In this document: one piece after another, positions 40,193 through 50,062 of the stretch
How positions within the stretch are numbered: position 1 is the first letter of the stretch
Layout of the letters: each line of letters begins with the position of its first letter
DNA from: an uncultured Gemmatimonadaceae bacterium
GTDB lineage: Bacteria > Gemmatimonadota > Gemmatimonadetes > Gemmatimonadales > Gemmatimonadaceae
Reading direction: 5' to 3'
DNA length: 64,000 nt
Assembly: GCA_963817955.1 (NCBI GenBank)
Contig: CAWFQK010000004.1
Coordinates: 1,408,001-1,472,000 of the forward strand
Program-made: the position numbers and the translations under genes
The notes under the pieces: model-generated
The model's input: only the letters and a program-made list of their open reading frames with translations
Told to the model about the DNA's origin: nothing
The model's database searches: none

Positions 40193-41934
40193 GCGGCGAT
40201 CACCGGCACCATGCGATCGAGGACCGCATCCGCGTCCGCGGCACGCGCGTCCAGCTCGGATGCCGGTCCATCCCGCATGGCCGTGAGCGCGACGCGAAGG
40301 TCGAGCAACGGAACCGCCGCGAGCGGCTGTCCCTGCGCAATGACCGCCGACGCGAGTGTGAACGCGCGCGCGCAACGCACCACGAGCGCATATGTCTTGT
40401 GCGGCGAGGAGGCGACATCATTCGGATCATAGGCGCTCTGCCTGAGTACGACGTCGCGCACGATCTCCGCGACCTCGATCGTCAGCCGATCGAGGTCGGC
40501 GAGCGCGCTCAACCCGACGAGCCCCGCGATTTCGCGCAGTTCCTGGTCCCGCTGCAGGAGCACCGATAGCTCCGCGCGCGACGCCGTCCAGTCAGAGCCG
40601 CCTTCGCGCGTAAACCACGACGCCGTTGCCTCGACGTAGAGGCTATAGCTCGTGCCCCAGTCCACCGCCGGAAAGTGCCGCTGGTGTGCAAGGCCTGCGT
40701 CGAGCGCCCAGAGCGCGCCCGTCACGCGCAGCGCTGCCTGAGTGACGGGCTCCGAGAAATCACCTCCGGGCGGCGAGATGGCGCTCACGATCGTCACCGC
40801 TCCCGGGCGACGATCAGCGCCGCACGGGGTGACACGACCGGCACGTTCGAGGAATGTGCCGAAGCGCGCCGACAACGAGGTGGGATACCCTTCTTCGCCG
40901 GGCATCTCCTGAAGCCGAGAACTGATCTCGCGAAGCGCCTCCGCCCAGCGCGAGATGCTGTCGATCATCAACGCCACTCGATATCCCATATCGCGGTAGT
41001 ACTCCGCGATCGTGACGCCGAGGTAGATCGATGCTTCGCGAGCCGCGACGGGCATGTTCGATGTGTTGGCGATGAGCACCGCCCGACTCATGACGGAGCG
41101 GCCCGTCGCCGGGTGGAGAAGTTTTGGAAACTCCTGCACGACCTCCGCCATCTCGTTTCCACGCTCGCCGCAACCGACGTACACGACGAGATCCGCATCA
41201 CCATACTTGGCGAGTGAATGTTCGACGACCGTCTTTCCAGTGCCAAACCCACCAGGCACCGCCGCACTGCCTCCTTCCGCAACGGGAAAGAGGAAGTCGA
41301 AGACGCGCTGGCCGGTGATGAACGGCCGGTCCGGTTGCAGTCGACGGGCGAACGGCCGCGCAATGCGCAACGGCCATTGGTGCGCCAGCCGTAACGGCGT
41401 GCCGCTCATCAACGCGCCGATCTGATCATCGACAGTGAAGGCGCCGCTCTCCAGGGCAGCGATGGTTCCATCCACGCCGGGCGGGACGAGCACGTGATGG
41501 CTGAAATCCTCCTGTTCCAGGACTACTCCGAGTTCGTCTCCCGGACGAACGACGTCGCCTGGTTGGGCAGTAGCGGTGAACGACCAGCGCGCGGTTGCAT
41601 CGAGCGTCGGCGCGGCGACACCGGCGGGAATGAAATCGCCAACGGAAGCGGCAAGCCGGTCGAGCGGTCTGCCGACGCCGTCAAGCAGGGATCCGAGCAG
41701 CCCCGGTCCGAGCTGCGCACTGAGCGGAGATCCCGTGCTGACGACAGGCTCGCCGAGCTGCAGGCCCGTGGTGTCTTCGAAAACCTGGAGCATTGCGATA
41801 TCGCCGCGAAGACGAATGACCTCGCCAAGCAACCGCCGCTCGCCGACGTACACGAGCTCGTACAACGCCGCGTTGCGCATTGGCTGCGCCTCGACGATCG
41901 CGCCCGCGACGCGCACGACGGAGGGCGAGGTCAC
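40189..41934 (-). CDS. V/A-type ATPase subunit A (GTG start)
   Basis: PGGFGTGKT, GCGERGNEM, NTSNMPVAAREAS and EMPGEEGYP. Confidence 0.95.
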   Translation of the reverse strand: MTSPSVVRVAGAIVEAQPMRNAALYELVYVGERRLLGEVIRLRGDIAMLQVFEDTTGLQLGEPVVSTGSPLSAQLGPGLLGSLLDGVGRPLDRLAASVGDFIPAGVAAPTLDATARWSFTATAQPGDVVRPGDELGVVLEQEDFSHHVLVPPGVDGTIAALESGAFTVDDQIGALMSGTPLRLAHQWPLRIARPFARRLQPDRPFITGQRVFDFLFPVAEGGSAAVPGGFGTGKTVVEHSLAKYGDADLVVYVGCGERGNEMAEVVQEFPKLLHPATGRSVMSRAVLIANTSNMPVAAREASIYLGVTIAEYYRDMGYRVALMIDSISRWAEALREISSRLQEMPGEEGYPTSLSARFGTFLERAGRVTPCGADRRPGAVTIVSAISPPGGDFSEPVTQAALRVTGALWALDAGLAHQRHFPAVDWGTSYSLYVEATASWFTREGGSDWTASRAELSVLLQRDQELREIAGLVGLSALADLDRLTIEVAEIVRDVVLRQSAYDPNDVASSPHKTYALVVRCARAFTLASAVIAQGQPLAAVPLLDLRVALTAMRDGPASELDARAADADAVLDRMVPVIAA

Positions 41935-42263
41935 TGCAACCTCACACGGTAACCGATGGCGCGCTGCAGCAGATCGAGGATTTCGCTTGATCTGCCTTCG
42001 GGCTCCGCCGACCAATCGGGCGTGTTCAACGACAGGAGAATGGGCGTGGACTGCCGCGCAAGCTTGCGGCGGATGAACTCCGGTAGTGCCTGCACGACGG
42101 CCGGCTCTGCCACAACGATGCCGAGGTCCTCGTGCTGCAGGACCTCGGCGAGGCGAGCCACAGCCTCCTCGCGCGACTCGGTCTCGATAACCGGAATACC
42201 GGCGAGTGCAAAACCGGTAATGAGCGGGAATTCGCCAACCGCCAGCACCCGCATGCGGCTCAT
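41931..42263 (-). CDS. V/A-type ATPase subunit F
   Basis: ITGFALAGI ... QRAIGY; operon position. Confidence 0.85.
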   Translation of the reverse strand: MSRMRVLAVGEFPLITGFALAGIPVIETESREEAVARLAEVLQHEDLGIVVAEPAVVQALPEFIRRKLARQSTPILLSLNTPDWSAEPEGRSSEILDLLQRAIGYRVRLQ

Positions 42264-43276
42264 GGGGTGACGAGGCGACTGATGATCCGCTTTCGCGGTA
42301 CCTGAAGCGTGATGCCCCAAATGATGCGCGCCAGATCCTGCAGCTCGGCGCGCAGCCGCAGCACGTATTCGAGCACCACCGATAACGAAAGTGGGTTGAG
42401 GCGTACGGTGCGTCGCAATTCGCGCAGCATCGCCGTAAGCATGGCACTCTCGTGCTCCTCGCCCCCCGATTCGGGAACAATTGGCGCCAGCACGGTGCCG
42501 CCGAAAATGCGCGCCAGACGAGCGCGAGCCTCGCTGGGCGTGCGTGCTGCCAGATCGTGAAACACTTCGAGTGTGATCAACTCTCCGCCTGGAATGAACA
42601 GCGCGTCGCGATCGTGCTCGAGCGCGCCGCCTGACGCCGCAATCGCGATACGCGCATTCTCGCCGTCGATCTGTAGCCTCACATAGCCCTCGAGCGGCTC
42701 GCCCAGATGTGCGGCAGCATCCAACGTGCGCTCCGCGTACTCGCGATCGATCGCGAGTTGCACCAGGAAGAGATCGGGGTGCGCGCGCATCGCTTCGCCC
42801 ATCATGGCACGACCGTACGGGTTGCCCCAGGCACTCAGCGTCGCGGCGACATCCTGCAGCCGCGGCTGCTGCGCCAACTCCTCCAGCGCAGCCAGGGGTA
42901 GCGCGGGCGTCGGAAGGAGACCGAGCACTCGTTGATCCGCCGGTGCATGGGATGCCACACCCCGGTTGATCGCGCGCAGGTTGCGTCGGTCCTCGTCTTC
43001 GAACAGCGGCGCGAGCGCCTCGACCCGGTCGCCGCACCATGCCGTAATGATCGTCAGGCGATCGCCGGCCACGCGCCGCGTGTCACGCTCGAGCTGCGCC
43101 GACGTCGGCACACCGCGATCGGCCGCGTGAGCGTATGCCGTCCCATCGAGGGCTCGCACGAGCGCCGGTATGTCGTGCGACGCAGCGAGCCGTTCGAGCT
43201 CGACACGCCCCATCAGGCGCGACGAGAGGCCACGCACCCGTGCGATCACATCGTCCCAGCTCGCTGTCGATATCAT
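42260..43276 (-). CDS. V/A-type ATPase subunit C (d)
   Basis: ARVRGLSSRL, DRRNL and IDGEN; operon position. Confidence 0.8.
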   Translation of the reverse strand: MISTASWDDVIARVRGLSSRLMGRVELERLAASHDIPALVRALDGTAYAHAADRGVPTSAQLERDTRRVAGDRLTIITAWCGDRVEALAPLFEDEDRRNLRAINRGVASHAPADQRVLGLLPTPALPLAALEELAQQPRLQDVAATLSAWGNPYGRAMMGEAMRAHPDLFLVQLAIDREYAERTLDAAAHLGEPLEGYVRLQIDGENARIAIAASGGALEHDRDALFIPGGELITLEVFHDLAARTPSEARARLARIFGGTVLAPIVPESGGEEHESAMLTAMLRELRRTVRLNPLSLSVVLEYVLRLRAELQDLARIIWGITLQVPRKRIISRLVTP

Positions 43277-43848
43277 CCGGCCTCCACCGCGCGACATACG
43301 TCGATCGCGATCTGCGGGCGATTGGCGTTCAGCCACGCGTCCACGGTGTCTTCGATGATCACGTGTCCGCCGTCTCCGATCAACGTGAAGCCGGGCGGCG
43401 CGTTCGGCGATTCAGTCTTCCGCCACTGCGGCGTACTATCGATCGCGGTTCCGGACGGTACACGGGCTTCGACGTCCGTCGTGGCGGCGAATGTCACAAG
43501 CTCGGCGAGCCGGCGATGCATCGTGTCGCCATTCGCGGCATCGGCAAACCGCGGTGCGAGGCGCCGCCGTGCGCGCGCGCATACGCGATCGACCAAGGCG
43601 TGCTGCGCCTGTAGGAGCGCACCGCGGGCTGCACGCCGGGCGTCGGCGATGGCGTTGGCTTGGCGACGCATGGTTTCCGCTTCGCACTCGGCCAACGCGG
43701 TCGCGGTGCGGATCTGCGCGCGCGCCTCGGCCGCGTGTGACATAGCCTGCGCCTGTGCGTCCGCGTCGCGACGCACCTGCTCGAGCTCCGCCTGTGCACG
43801 ATCGCCAAGTTCGGCCAGCAGGCGATCGAGGTGTGTATCGTCCGTCAC
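43273..43848 (-). CDS. V/A-type ATPase subunit E (divergent)
   Basis: N-terminal coiled coil; position between K and C. Confidence 0.7.
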   Translation of the reverse strand: MTDDTHLDRLLAELGDRAQAELEQVRRDADAQAQAMSHAAEARAQIRTATALAECEAETMRRQANAIADARRAARGALLQAQHALVDRVCARARRRLAPRFADAANGDTMHRRLAELVTFAATTDVEARVPSGTAIDSTPQWRKTESPNAPPGFTLIGDGGHVIIEDTVDAWLNANRPQIAIDVCRAVEAG

Positions 43849-44073
43849 TCAGGCCCCTCCGCCCCGCAGCACGATCATGACGGCGACCACGAATCCAAGG
43901 ATGGCGACCGTCTCTGGAATGGCGATCATGATCACCACGGTGGTACTGATCTCCGGCTTCTCGGCGAGGGCGGCGGCGCTTGCCGCGCCGATGCGTGACT
44001 GCGCCCACGCAGTCGCCAACGCCGCCACACTCATGACGAGCGCGGCGCTGATCGGAACCCACAACACGGTCAT
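43849..44073 (-). CDS. V/A-type ATPase proteolipid K/c (single hairpin)
   Basis: ATAWAQSRIGAA..AEKPE..IPETVAILG. Confidence 0.9.
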   Translation of the reverse strand: MTVLWVPISAALVMSVAALATAWAQSRIGAASAAALAEKPEISTTVVIMIAIPETVAILGFVVAVMIVLRGGGA

Positions 44074-45968
44074 GATGGTCCTTTCGCCGTCACGGCGTGC
44101 CGCGGCTGACGATGCTGAAAGGGCTGATACGCCCTGCCGCCGGGGCTGTAGAATTGTTTGAAGAACTCCACGTAATGCAGGCGCAGCGCGTGGATGGTCG
44201 GGCTGAACAGGCCCATCGCGAAATTCACGAGGTGAAAGAGCAACCCGAAGAGCACGCCGACGAGCGCACTCCCGAACATGCCGACCATGTCGTTGGCGAC
44301 ACTGGCCAGTAACACCGATGCGGTACCAAGTGCCATGATGCGGACGTAGGACAACACGCTGGACAACGTCGAGAAGAACTCGATGGGCGCAACGATCCCC
44401 TCCAGGAATAACAACACGGGGAATCCGATCAGGACCGTAATGCCCAGTGGACCAAAGAGCCGCGCCGGCAGTACGTCGACGGCGGAGAGCAGCGCGAGAA
44501 CGATCAACACCATCATGGCGAGCTGCACGGCGCGGCTCGTTGCGACGCGCGGCTTGCTGCGGGCTTGGAGCATGCTCAACACCAGTCCGAGCACGGTGTG
44601 CGCGACTCCGACCCCTACGGCCACGAGCACCGCGGCGACGATTGCGTTCTCGCGGTCGAACAACACTGGCCGCAGGCCGAGCCACCGGCGACCGAGATTC
44701 CCGAACAGCTCGCCGAACAGGACGCCGAAGATGATGGCGAAGACCGCCGCCGACAGCGCAATCCGCGCCACGGTATTCCACAACGATGGTGGCTTGGCGC
44801 GCCAGAGAAGAACCGACGCGATGGCCGCCAGCACGACGCCATAGCCGATGTCGCCCAGGATCAAGCCGAACAGCATCGGAAAGCCGACGGCGACGAAGGG
44901 CGTCGGGTCGATCGATCCGTACCGTGGGAGGGGCAGGAACGCTGTGAGTGTCTCGAACGGTCGAAAGAGCCTTGGATTTGAAAGCACGACGGGGGCATCG
45001 TCGCTACGCCATTCTCCCCGCGCCAGCTCCTCGAGCACGATGTCGCCGCCGAGCCGTTGCTCGAAGACGGCGCGCAAGCGAGGCATGTCGCGCTGCGGAA
45101 TCCATCCCTCGATCGCGAAGGCATGTCGTGTCGCCGCTGAGCATTCCGCCGCTGCTGCGCCCGTCAGCCGATCCTGCGTCGTCGCCGCGATCCGCTGCAA
45201 CTCCGCGCCTGCGTCGGCGGCGAGGCTCGCGCGTGCCTTCAGAACCTCGTCGGTGGCGTGTGGAATCTCGCCGAGGCGCTCGAGAATTCGCGGCGCTGCC
45301 TGCGTGAGTGACTGATCGGCATAGCCAGTCGGCAGCGGCACTTCGGCAATCTTCACGACGCCGAACGCATGATCCATCTTCTCCCGCGCCGCCGCAGGCA
45401 CGGCAATGAGCGCAGCCGTGTCGCCGTTGGGAAGCGTGCGCGCGGTGACGCTCACCTCCACATTGAGCTCGGCACGTAACGCATCGCTGAGTTTCTGCAC
45501 GCGGTCGCGATCGGCACCCGGGAGCGTCACGCCGTACACACGCAGATGCTGCGCGTCCGCGAGCTGGGCGATCAACGCGCGAAACGCTTCGAGGAAGTCC
45601 TGATAGCGGCTGAGCAGCGTACGTTCATCCTCCAGCGTCTGCCGCTGAACACGGAGACGCTCCGCCGAGAGGCGTACGCGACGGGCCCGCCGGGCCCAGC
45701 GGGCGAGTTGCGGGCGCTCAGTCGCCGTGAGCTCACCGGGTTGCTGCGCGATGCCAAGCAACTCCATGGCCGCCGTTGCGTCGGCAAGGATGCGCCGGAG
45801 TGCTCGTTGCTCTCGCTCGGCGCGGCGATCCCGGACGGCAGCTTCCAGACCGTCTTCCGAAGGGAGCTTATCGAGTTGGACGCGGCCGAAGTCCTGCAAT
45901 ACGTCCAGCGTTCCGGGCAAACGATCGCGTGGCCCAATGATCCGAATCCGCGACATGGGGAGAATCAT
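44070..45968 (-). CDS. V/A-type ATPase subunit I (a)
   Basis: IEGWIP, PRYGSIDPT, GDIGYG, LSYVRIMAL and HALRLHYVEFF. Confidence 0.95.
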   Translation of the reverse strand: MILPMSRIRIIGPRDRLPGTLDVLQDFGRVQLDKLPSEDGLEAAVRDRRAEREQRALRRILADATAAMELLGIAQQPGELTATERPQLARWARRARRVRLSAERLRVQRQTLEDERTLLSRYQDFLEAFRALIAQLADAQHLRVYGVTLPGADRDRVQKLSDALRAELNVEVSVTARTLPNGDTAALIAVPAAAREKMDHAFGVVKIAEVPLPTGYADQSLTQAAPRILERLGEIPHATDEVLKARASLAADAGAELQRIAATTQDRLTGAAAAECSAATRHAFAIEGWIPQRDMPRLRAVFEQRLGGDIVLEELARGEWRSDDAPVVLSNPRLFRPFETLTAFLPLPRYGSIDPTPFVAVGFPMLFGLILGDIGYGVVLAAIASVLLWRAKPPSLWNTVARIALSAAVFAIIFGVLFGELFGNLGRRWLGLRPVLFDRENAIVAAVLVAVGVGVAHTVLGLVLSMLQARSKPRVATSRAVQLAMMVLIVLALLSAVDVLPARLFGPLGITVLIGFPVLLFLEGIVAPIEFFSTLSSVLSYVRIMALGTASVLLASVANDMVGMFGSALVGVLFGLLFHLVNFAMGLFSPTIHALRLHYVEFFKQFYSPGGRAYQPFQHRQPRHAVTAKGPS

Positions 45969-46324
45969 GGGATCCTCGCCGCGGCGGCAAACCAAGGCGT
46001 GCGATCGCCAATATCATCAGCGAGGCGGTCGATGAGCGCGTCGGGGGCGTGGACGTAGCGCTCTGTTTGCGCCTCGAATGACGCCTGGACCTCGGCGACG
46101 GCCGCGGCGAGGCGCGCATCGAGCTCGCGCTGTCGCTCAGCGACGCAGTGCCGGATATCTTCGTCGGCCCGCAGTTCGCGTTCTGCAGCATCGGCTTGGG
46201 CGCGCACGACGACGGCGCGCATATCGGCGCGAGCCGCGTCGAGCGACTGCTGCCATCCGCGTTCGGCTTCGACGAGCCGAGCGACGCCGCCGTGGATCGT
46301 TCGTGGGCCTTTGTCGGTGTGCAT
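45965..46324 (-). CDS. V/A-type ATPase subunit G/H-like coiled-coil
   Basis: Helical ORF first in the operon; its stop overlaps the start of subunit I. Confidence 0.65.
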   Translation of the reverse strand: MHTDKGPRTIHGGVARLVEAERGWQQSLDAARADMRAVVVRAQADAAERELRADEDIRHCVAERQRELDARLAAAVAEVQASFEAQTERYVHAPDALIDRLADDIGDRTPWFAAAARIP

Positions 46325-46464
46325 GAACGGCAGTTTCGAGCACGCGTCGCGCACCCGGCGACGCTTACGTCTGATGCGCTCGTGAACGGTACGTTCGTGA
46401 GTATTGCGAGCCACCGGGAAACCGCCTGATTGCCGTCGGCGACTCCCTGACCGCTAATTGTGTC

Positions 46465-46538
46465 AGCGATTCCCCTATCTGGCTTGACCACGAAAACCGC
46501 AAGAGGAGAAACCACACCAAACAGGAGCGATTCCCCTA
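46465..46538. promoter_or_regulatory. 13-bp direct repeat AGCGATTCCCCTA, candidate operator sites
   Basis: Exact copies at 46465 and 46526; related sites at 46814 and 47166. Confidence 0.5.
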
Positions 46539-46618
46539 CTGGCCGCCAAGATTGGATAACCGACATTAGGTGGCAGGTTGACGAAGGGTCGACCGTCTAT
46601 TTCGTGTCAGGAGGATCT

Positions 46619-46828
46619 ATGGGTGGGGCACCAGTAGTAATTGCCCTTGTAGGACTCGTCATTCCGATCACACTCCTGCTTGCGGCGCTCGTCTTTGATG
46701 TCGTCGTTATGGTGTGGGCGTTGTTCCGGTGGTGGAATGATTCGCTGAGTCCCCGTGTCGTTGGGGTGCTCCGCGTAGTGGCCGGGCGGTATCGTCGCGC
46801 CCAACCCCTAGCGAGCGTCCCCTACTAA
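46619..46828 (+). CDS. Small membrane protein (69 aa)
   Basis: GGAGGA RBS; hydrophobic N-terminus. Confidence 0.55.
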   Translation: MGGAPVVIALVGLVIPITLLLAALVFDVVVMVWALFRWWNDSLSPRVVGVLRVVAGRYRRAQPLASVPY

Positions 46829-46944
46829 CTAAGGGACTTGTTGTTTGGGTCGCGGCAAACGCCCGACGGCCGCCCCAGGGTGCACCTGATGCCGAGAGCG
46901 CTGTAGCACCGATACCATCCGGCGCAACGCCCTCGGCTCTAGGC

Positions 46945-47113
46945 ATGCCCAACCTCGAGCTGGCCTTGATGACCAGCCTTCTACTCGGAATTCGTCACGC
47001 CACCGTCCCGGACCACATCGGGCGTCGTCAGCATGCCCTTCGGGATCTATCTCACCTGGAAGATTGACTCCGGCAATGGCCTATTCACCGGCCGGCGGCC
47101 GTGTTCGCCGTGA
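46945..47113 (+). pseudogene. Remnant of a NiCoT/UreH-like nickel/cobalt transporter
   Basis: MPNLELALMTSLLLGIRHATVPDH (cf. RHAxDxDH) joined to a C-terminal-like GVVSMPFGIYLTWKIDSGNGLFT. Confidence 0.55.
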
Positions 47114-47277
47114 GCCGGCGGCTTGCTACTACTATAGGAAAGAGTGGCGGTCAAATACCCCCGGTATTTCCCCTACAGGCCGGCCCCGCGCACCTGACAG
47201 ATTCTCACCCCCCTCGGACATAGGTTCGGCCGCATAACGCAGTTGCAGCCGTTCTTCCGTGGCTTGCGGAGTACAGG

Positions 47278-48009
47278 ATGCCAGCCCTTCCCAGTTCCGT
47301 CGCAGGATCCGCCGACGCGGGATGCGCGATCGATCTGCACGAAATCGCGCAACGTCTCGGGCACTCCTGGGCATTGCGCGGAGTAACGCTCGAAATACCC
47401 CCCGGTGAACTCGTAGCGATCGTTGGGCACAACGGCAGCGGCAAGACGACGCTGCTACGTGTCATCGCGACGGCCTTGCGCGCCACACGCGGACGGGGGA
47501 CGGTCTTTGGTCACGACCTGCGGCGCGACGCGAACGCCGTGCGCGGGATCAGCTCCATGTTGACGTACGGCGCCGGTCTATACGGCGACCTGAGTGCCGT
47601 GGAAAATCTCACGTTCGCGCAGCGCATGGCCGGCGAGCCACTCGACATGACCGTGCTGCGCCAAGTCCTCGACCACGTGGGTCTTGCCAAGGCGGCGGAT
47701 GCACGCGTGAGAACGTTCTCGTCCGGCATGCAACGCCGCGCCTCTCTCGCGCGGCTATTTCTGCGGCCAACGCCGCTCGTGCTGCTCGACGAACCTTACA
47801 ATAGCCTTGATCCGGGCGGCGGACGCCTTGTCGACGAGCTGTTGCTCGGGGTGCGGGCTCGCCAGGGTGTCGGCCTGGTGGTCCTCCACGATCTCGACCG
47901 AAGCGGCGTCGCCTTTGATCGCATAGTGGAATTGCGACAGGGACGCGTGGTGCTGGTGGAACAGCGTACCGCGGAGCCTCTTGTCCAGCGCGTCCTGGCG
48001 CGGGCATGA
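47278..48009 (+). CDS. ccmA: Heme ABC exporter ATPase
   Basis: GHNGSGKTT, FSSGMQRR and LLDEP; ccm operon context. Confidence 0.9.
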   Translation: MPALPSSVAGSADAGCAIDLHEIAQRLGHSWALRGVTLEIPPGELVAIVGHNGSGKTTLLRVIATALRATRGRGTVFGHDLRRDANAVRGISSMLTYGAGLYGDLSAVENLTFAQRMAGEPLDMTVLRQVLDHVGLAKAADARVRTFSSGMQRRASLARLFLRPTPLVLLDEPYNSLDPGGGRLVDELLLGVRARQGVGLVVLHDLDRSGVAFDRIVELRQGRVVLVEQRTAEPLVQRVLARA

Positions 48010-48698
48010 GTATGTCGCTTATGCGAGAGTTGGGGCGGGCCCGCGCCATGGCTTGGAAGGATCTTCGGACCGAGCGGCGCTCTGCCGCCAACTTCAGCGG
48101 CGTGTTGTTCCTTGCGCTTCTCATGTTGCTGCTGTTCGGTTTTGCCCTCGGACCCGACGCGCAGGCCCTGCGCGACACGGCGGGCGGTATCATCTGGCTA
48201 TCGATCCTGTTCAGCGGGGTGCTGGCGTTCAACCGCTCCTACCAGATCGAACTGGACGACGGTGCGTTCGAGACGCTCCTGCTGTATCCCGGCGCACGAT
48301 GGCCGATTTTCATCGGCAAGCTCACGGCGAACCTGGCGTTCGTGCTCGCGGTTGAACTCGTGGTCGTGCCGCTTGCGGCGGTGCTCTTTCACGTCAACAT
48401 GACGAACGCCGTCCCGCAGCTCGCCGCGGTCCTGCTGCTCGGCACCTTCGGATTTGTGACGCTCGGCACCTTCTACGCCGCGGTCGCCAGTCGCACGCGT
48501 GCCCGCGAAGTGCTACTGCCTCTGCTACTCCTGCCCATGCTCGTCCCGGTGCTCATCGCCGCCGCGAAGGCGACGTCAGCGCTGACGAGCGGCGACATCA
48601 TGGGCGATATGCGTTCTTGGGTCAGTCTATTACTGGCCTTCGACCTGATCTTCTTCACCGCGTCGCTCGCGGTATACGACGTCGTCATCGCTGGATGA
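48006..48698 (+). CDS. ccmB: Heme exporter protein B
   Basis: WKDLRTE..; REVLLPLLLLPMLVPVLI. Confidence 0.9.
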   Translation: MSMSLMRELGRARAMAWKDLRTERRSAANFSGVLFLALLMLLLFGFALGPDAQALRDTAGGIIWLSILFSGVLAFNRSYQIELDDGAFETLLLYPGARWPIFIGKLTANLAFVLAVELVVVPLAAVLFHVNMTNAVPQLAAVLLLGTFGFVTLGTFYAAVASRTRAREVLLPLLLLPMLVPVLIAAAKATSALTSGDIMGDMRSWVSLLLAFDLIFFTASLAVYDVVIAG

Positions 48699-48723
48699 CC
48701 CAACGGGAACAGAGGGGAGATTC

Positions 48724-49479
48724 ATGACACGGGATTTCGCAGTCCAACTCGAGGGCGATCCGGTCGCCGTCGCGGAGCCGCGATGGCTCATGCCGTTAGG
48801 CATTTTTGCGCTCCTCGCGATGGCGGCGGCACAGGCCTACGGCGTCATCACGTCGCCGCCCGATCGTGACATGGGCAACCTGCAGAAGATCATGTACGTC
48901 CACGTGCCCGCGGCGGAGACGGCGTTCCTCTGCTTCTTCATCGTGCTGGTGGAAAGCGTCCGCTACCTCTGGACCTCCGCCGAGCGCCACGACCTGATCG
49001 CCGCTGCCGCCGCCGAGACGGGCGCCGTGCTCACCGCGCTCACATTGATGCTCGGCTCCATTTGGGGTCGCCCAACATGGGGCGTGTGGTGGACCTGGGA
49101 CGCACGCCTGACGTCGACGGCGGTGCTGCTTGTCGTGTTCGTTGGCTATCTCGTGCTGCGCGCCGTCACCGATGATCCCGAGCGCCGGGCCAAGTGGAGT
49201 GCCGCCATCGGCATCCTCGGCGCACTGAACGTACCGATCGTCTACATGTCCGTAAAATGGTGGCGCACGCTGCACCAGATGTCGTCCACGCCAAGCACGC
49301 TGTCGCCGGCGTACGTCATGAGTCTTCGTCTCACCCGCGTCGCGGCAATGCTCGTTGCCATCTACTTTGTCGCACGCCGTTACTACACCGCTCGTCTCGA
49401 ACGCGACAACGAGCAGGCCGCCGATTCCGCGGCGCTTGCCGGCGTCGAAGCCGAGGTTCTGGAGGAGAGTCATGTCTGA
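48724..49479 (+). CDS. ccmC: Heme exporter protein C
   Basis: YVHVP, WGRPTWGVWWTWDARLT and WWRTLHQ. Confidence 0.95.
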   Translation: MTRDFAVQLEGDPVAVAEPRWLMPLGIFALLAMAAAQAYGVITSPPDRDMGNLQKIMYVHVPAAETAFLCFFIVLVESVRYLWTSAERHDLIAAAAAETGAVLTALTLMLGSIWGRPTWGVWWTWDARLTSTAVLLVVFVGYLVLRAVTDDPERRAKWSAAIGILGALNVPIVYMSVKWWRTLHQMSSTPSTLSPAYVMSLRLTRVAAMLVAIYFVARRYYTARLERDNEQAADSAALAGVEAEVLEESHV

Positions 49480-49603
49480 GATGCCCTACGTCGTCGCCGC
49501 CTACGCGGTCACCTGGGTGGTGATCCTCGGATACGCTGGATACCTGGCGGCGCGCACGCGCCAGGCGAAGCGGCTGGCCGGCCATCATTCCAACGGGGGC
49601 TGA
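49472..49603 (+). CDS. ccmD: CcmD-like small protein
   Basis: YVVAAYAVTW TM plus basic tail, between ccmC and ccmE. Confidence 0.75.
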   Translation: MSEMPYVVAAYAVTWVVILGYAGYLAARTRQAKRLAGHHSNGG

Positions 49604-49606
49604 GCC

Positions 49607-50062
49607 ATGGCGACGAAGACGCGCAAGCGTATCGCGCAGGTCGGCGCCCTGGTAGTAGTTCTCGGGACGTTCGGCTGGCTGCTCTACGGCGGCATCGGCA
49701 ATAACCTGGTGTACTTCCTCACGCCGGGTGAGCTGCTTGCCAAAGGCACCGCGGCAATGGACGTGCCGGTGCGCCTCGGCGGACAGATCGTACCGGGATC
49801 GGTCACATGGAACGCGCAGACACTCGATCTTCGCTTCCGCGTCACCGACGGCACGAAGGAAGTGTCGGTACGCTCAACGGGCGCTCCGCCGCAGATGTTC
49901 CGTCCCGGAATCGGCGTCATCGTGGAAGGACGGTACGATCGCAGCGGATTGTTCCAGGCGACCACGCTCATGGTGCGCCACTCGAACGAGTACCATCCAC
50001 CCGCCGCCGGCCATTCGCCGAAGGAAGTGTACAAGACGCTGATCAAGGGGAACGCCTCATGA
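49607..50062 (+). CDS. ccmE: Heme chaperone CcmE
   Basis: NLVYFLTP, VRLGG and HSNEY (HxxxY). Confidence 0.93.
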   Translation: MATKTRKRIAQVGALVVVLGTFGWLLYGGIGNNLVYFLTPGELLAKGTAAMDVPVRLGGQIVPGSVTWNAQTLDLRFRVTDGTKEVSVRSTGAPPQMFRPGIGVIVEGRYDRSGLFQATTLMVRHSNEYHPPAAGHSPKEVYKTLIKGNAS

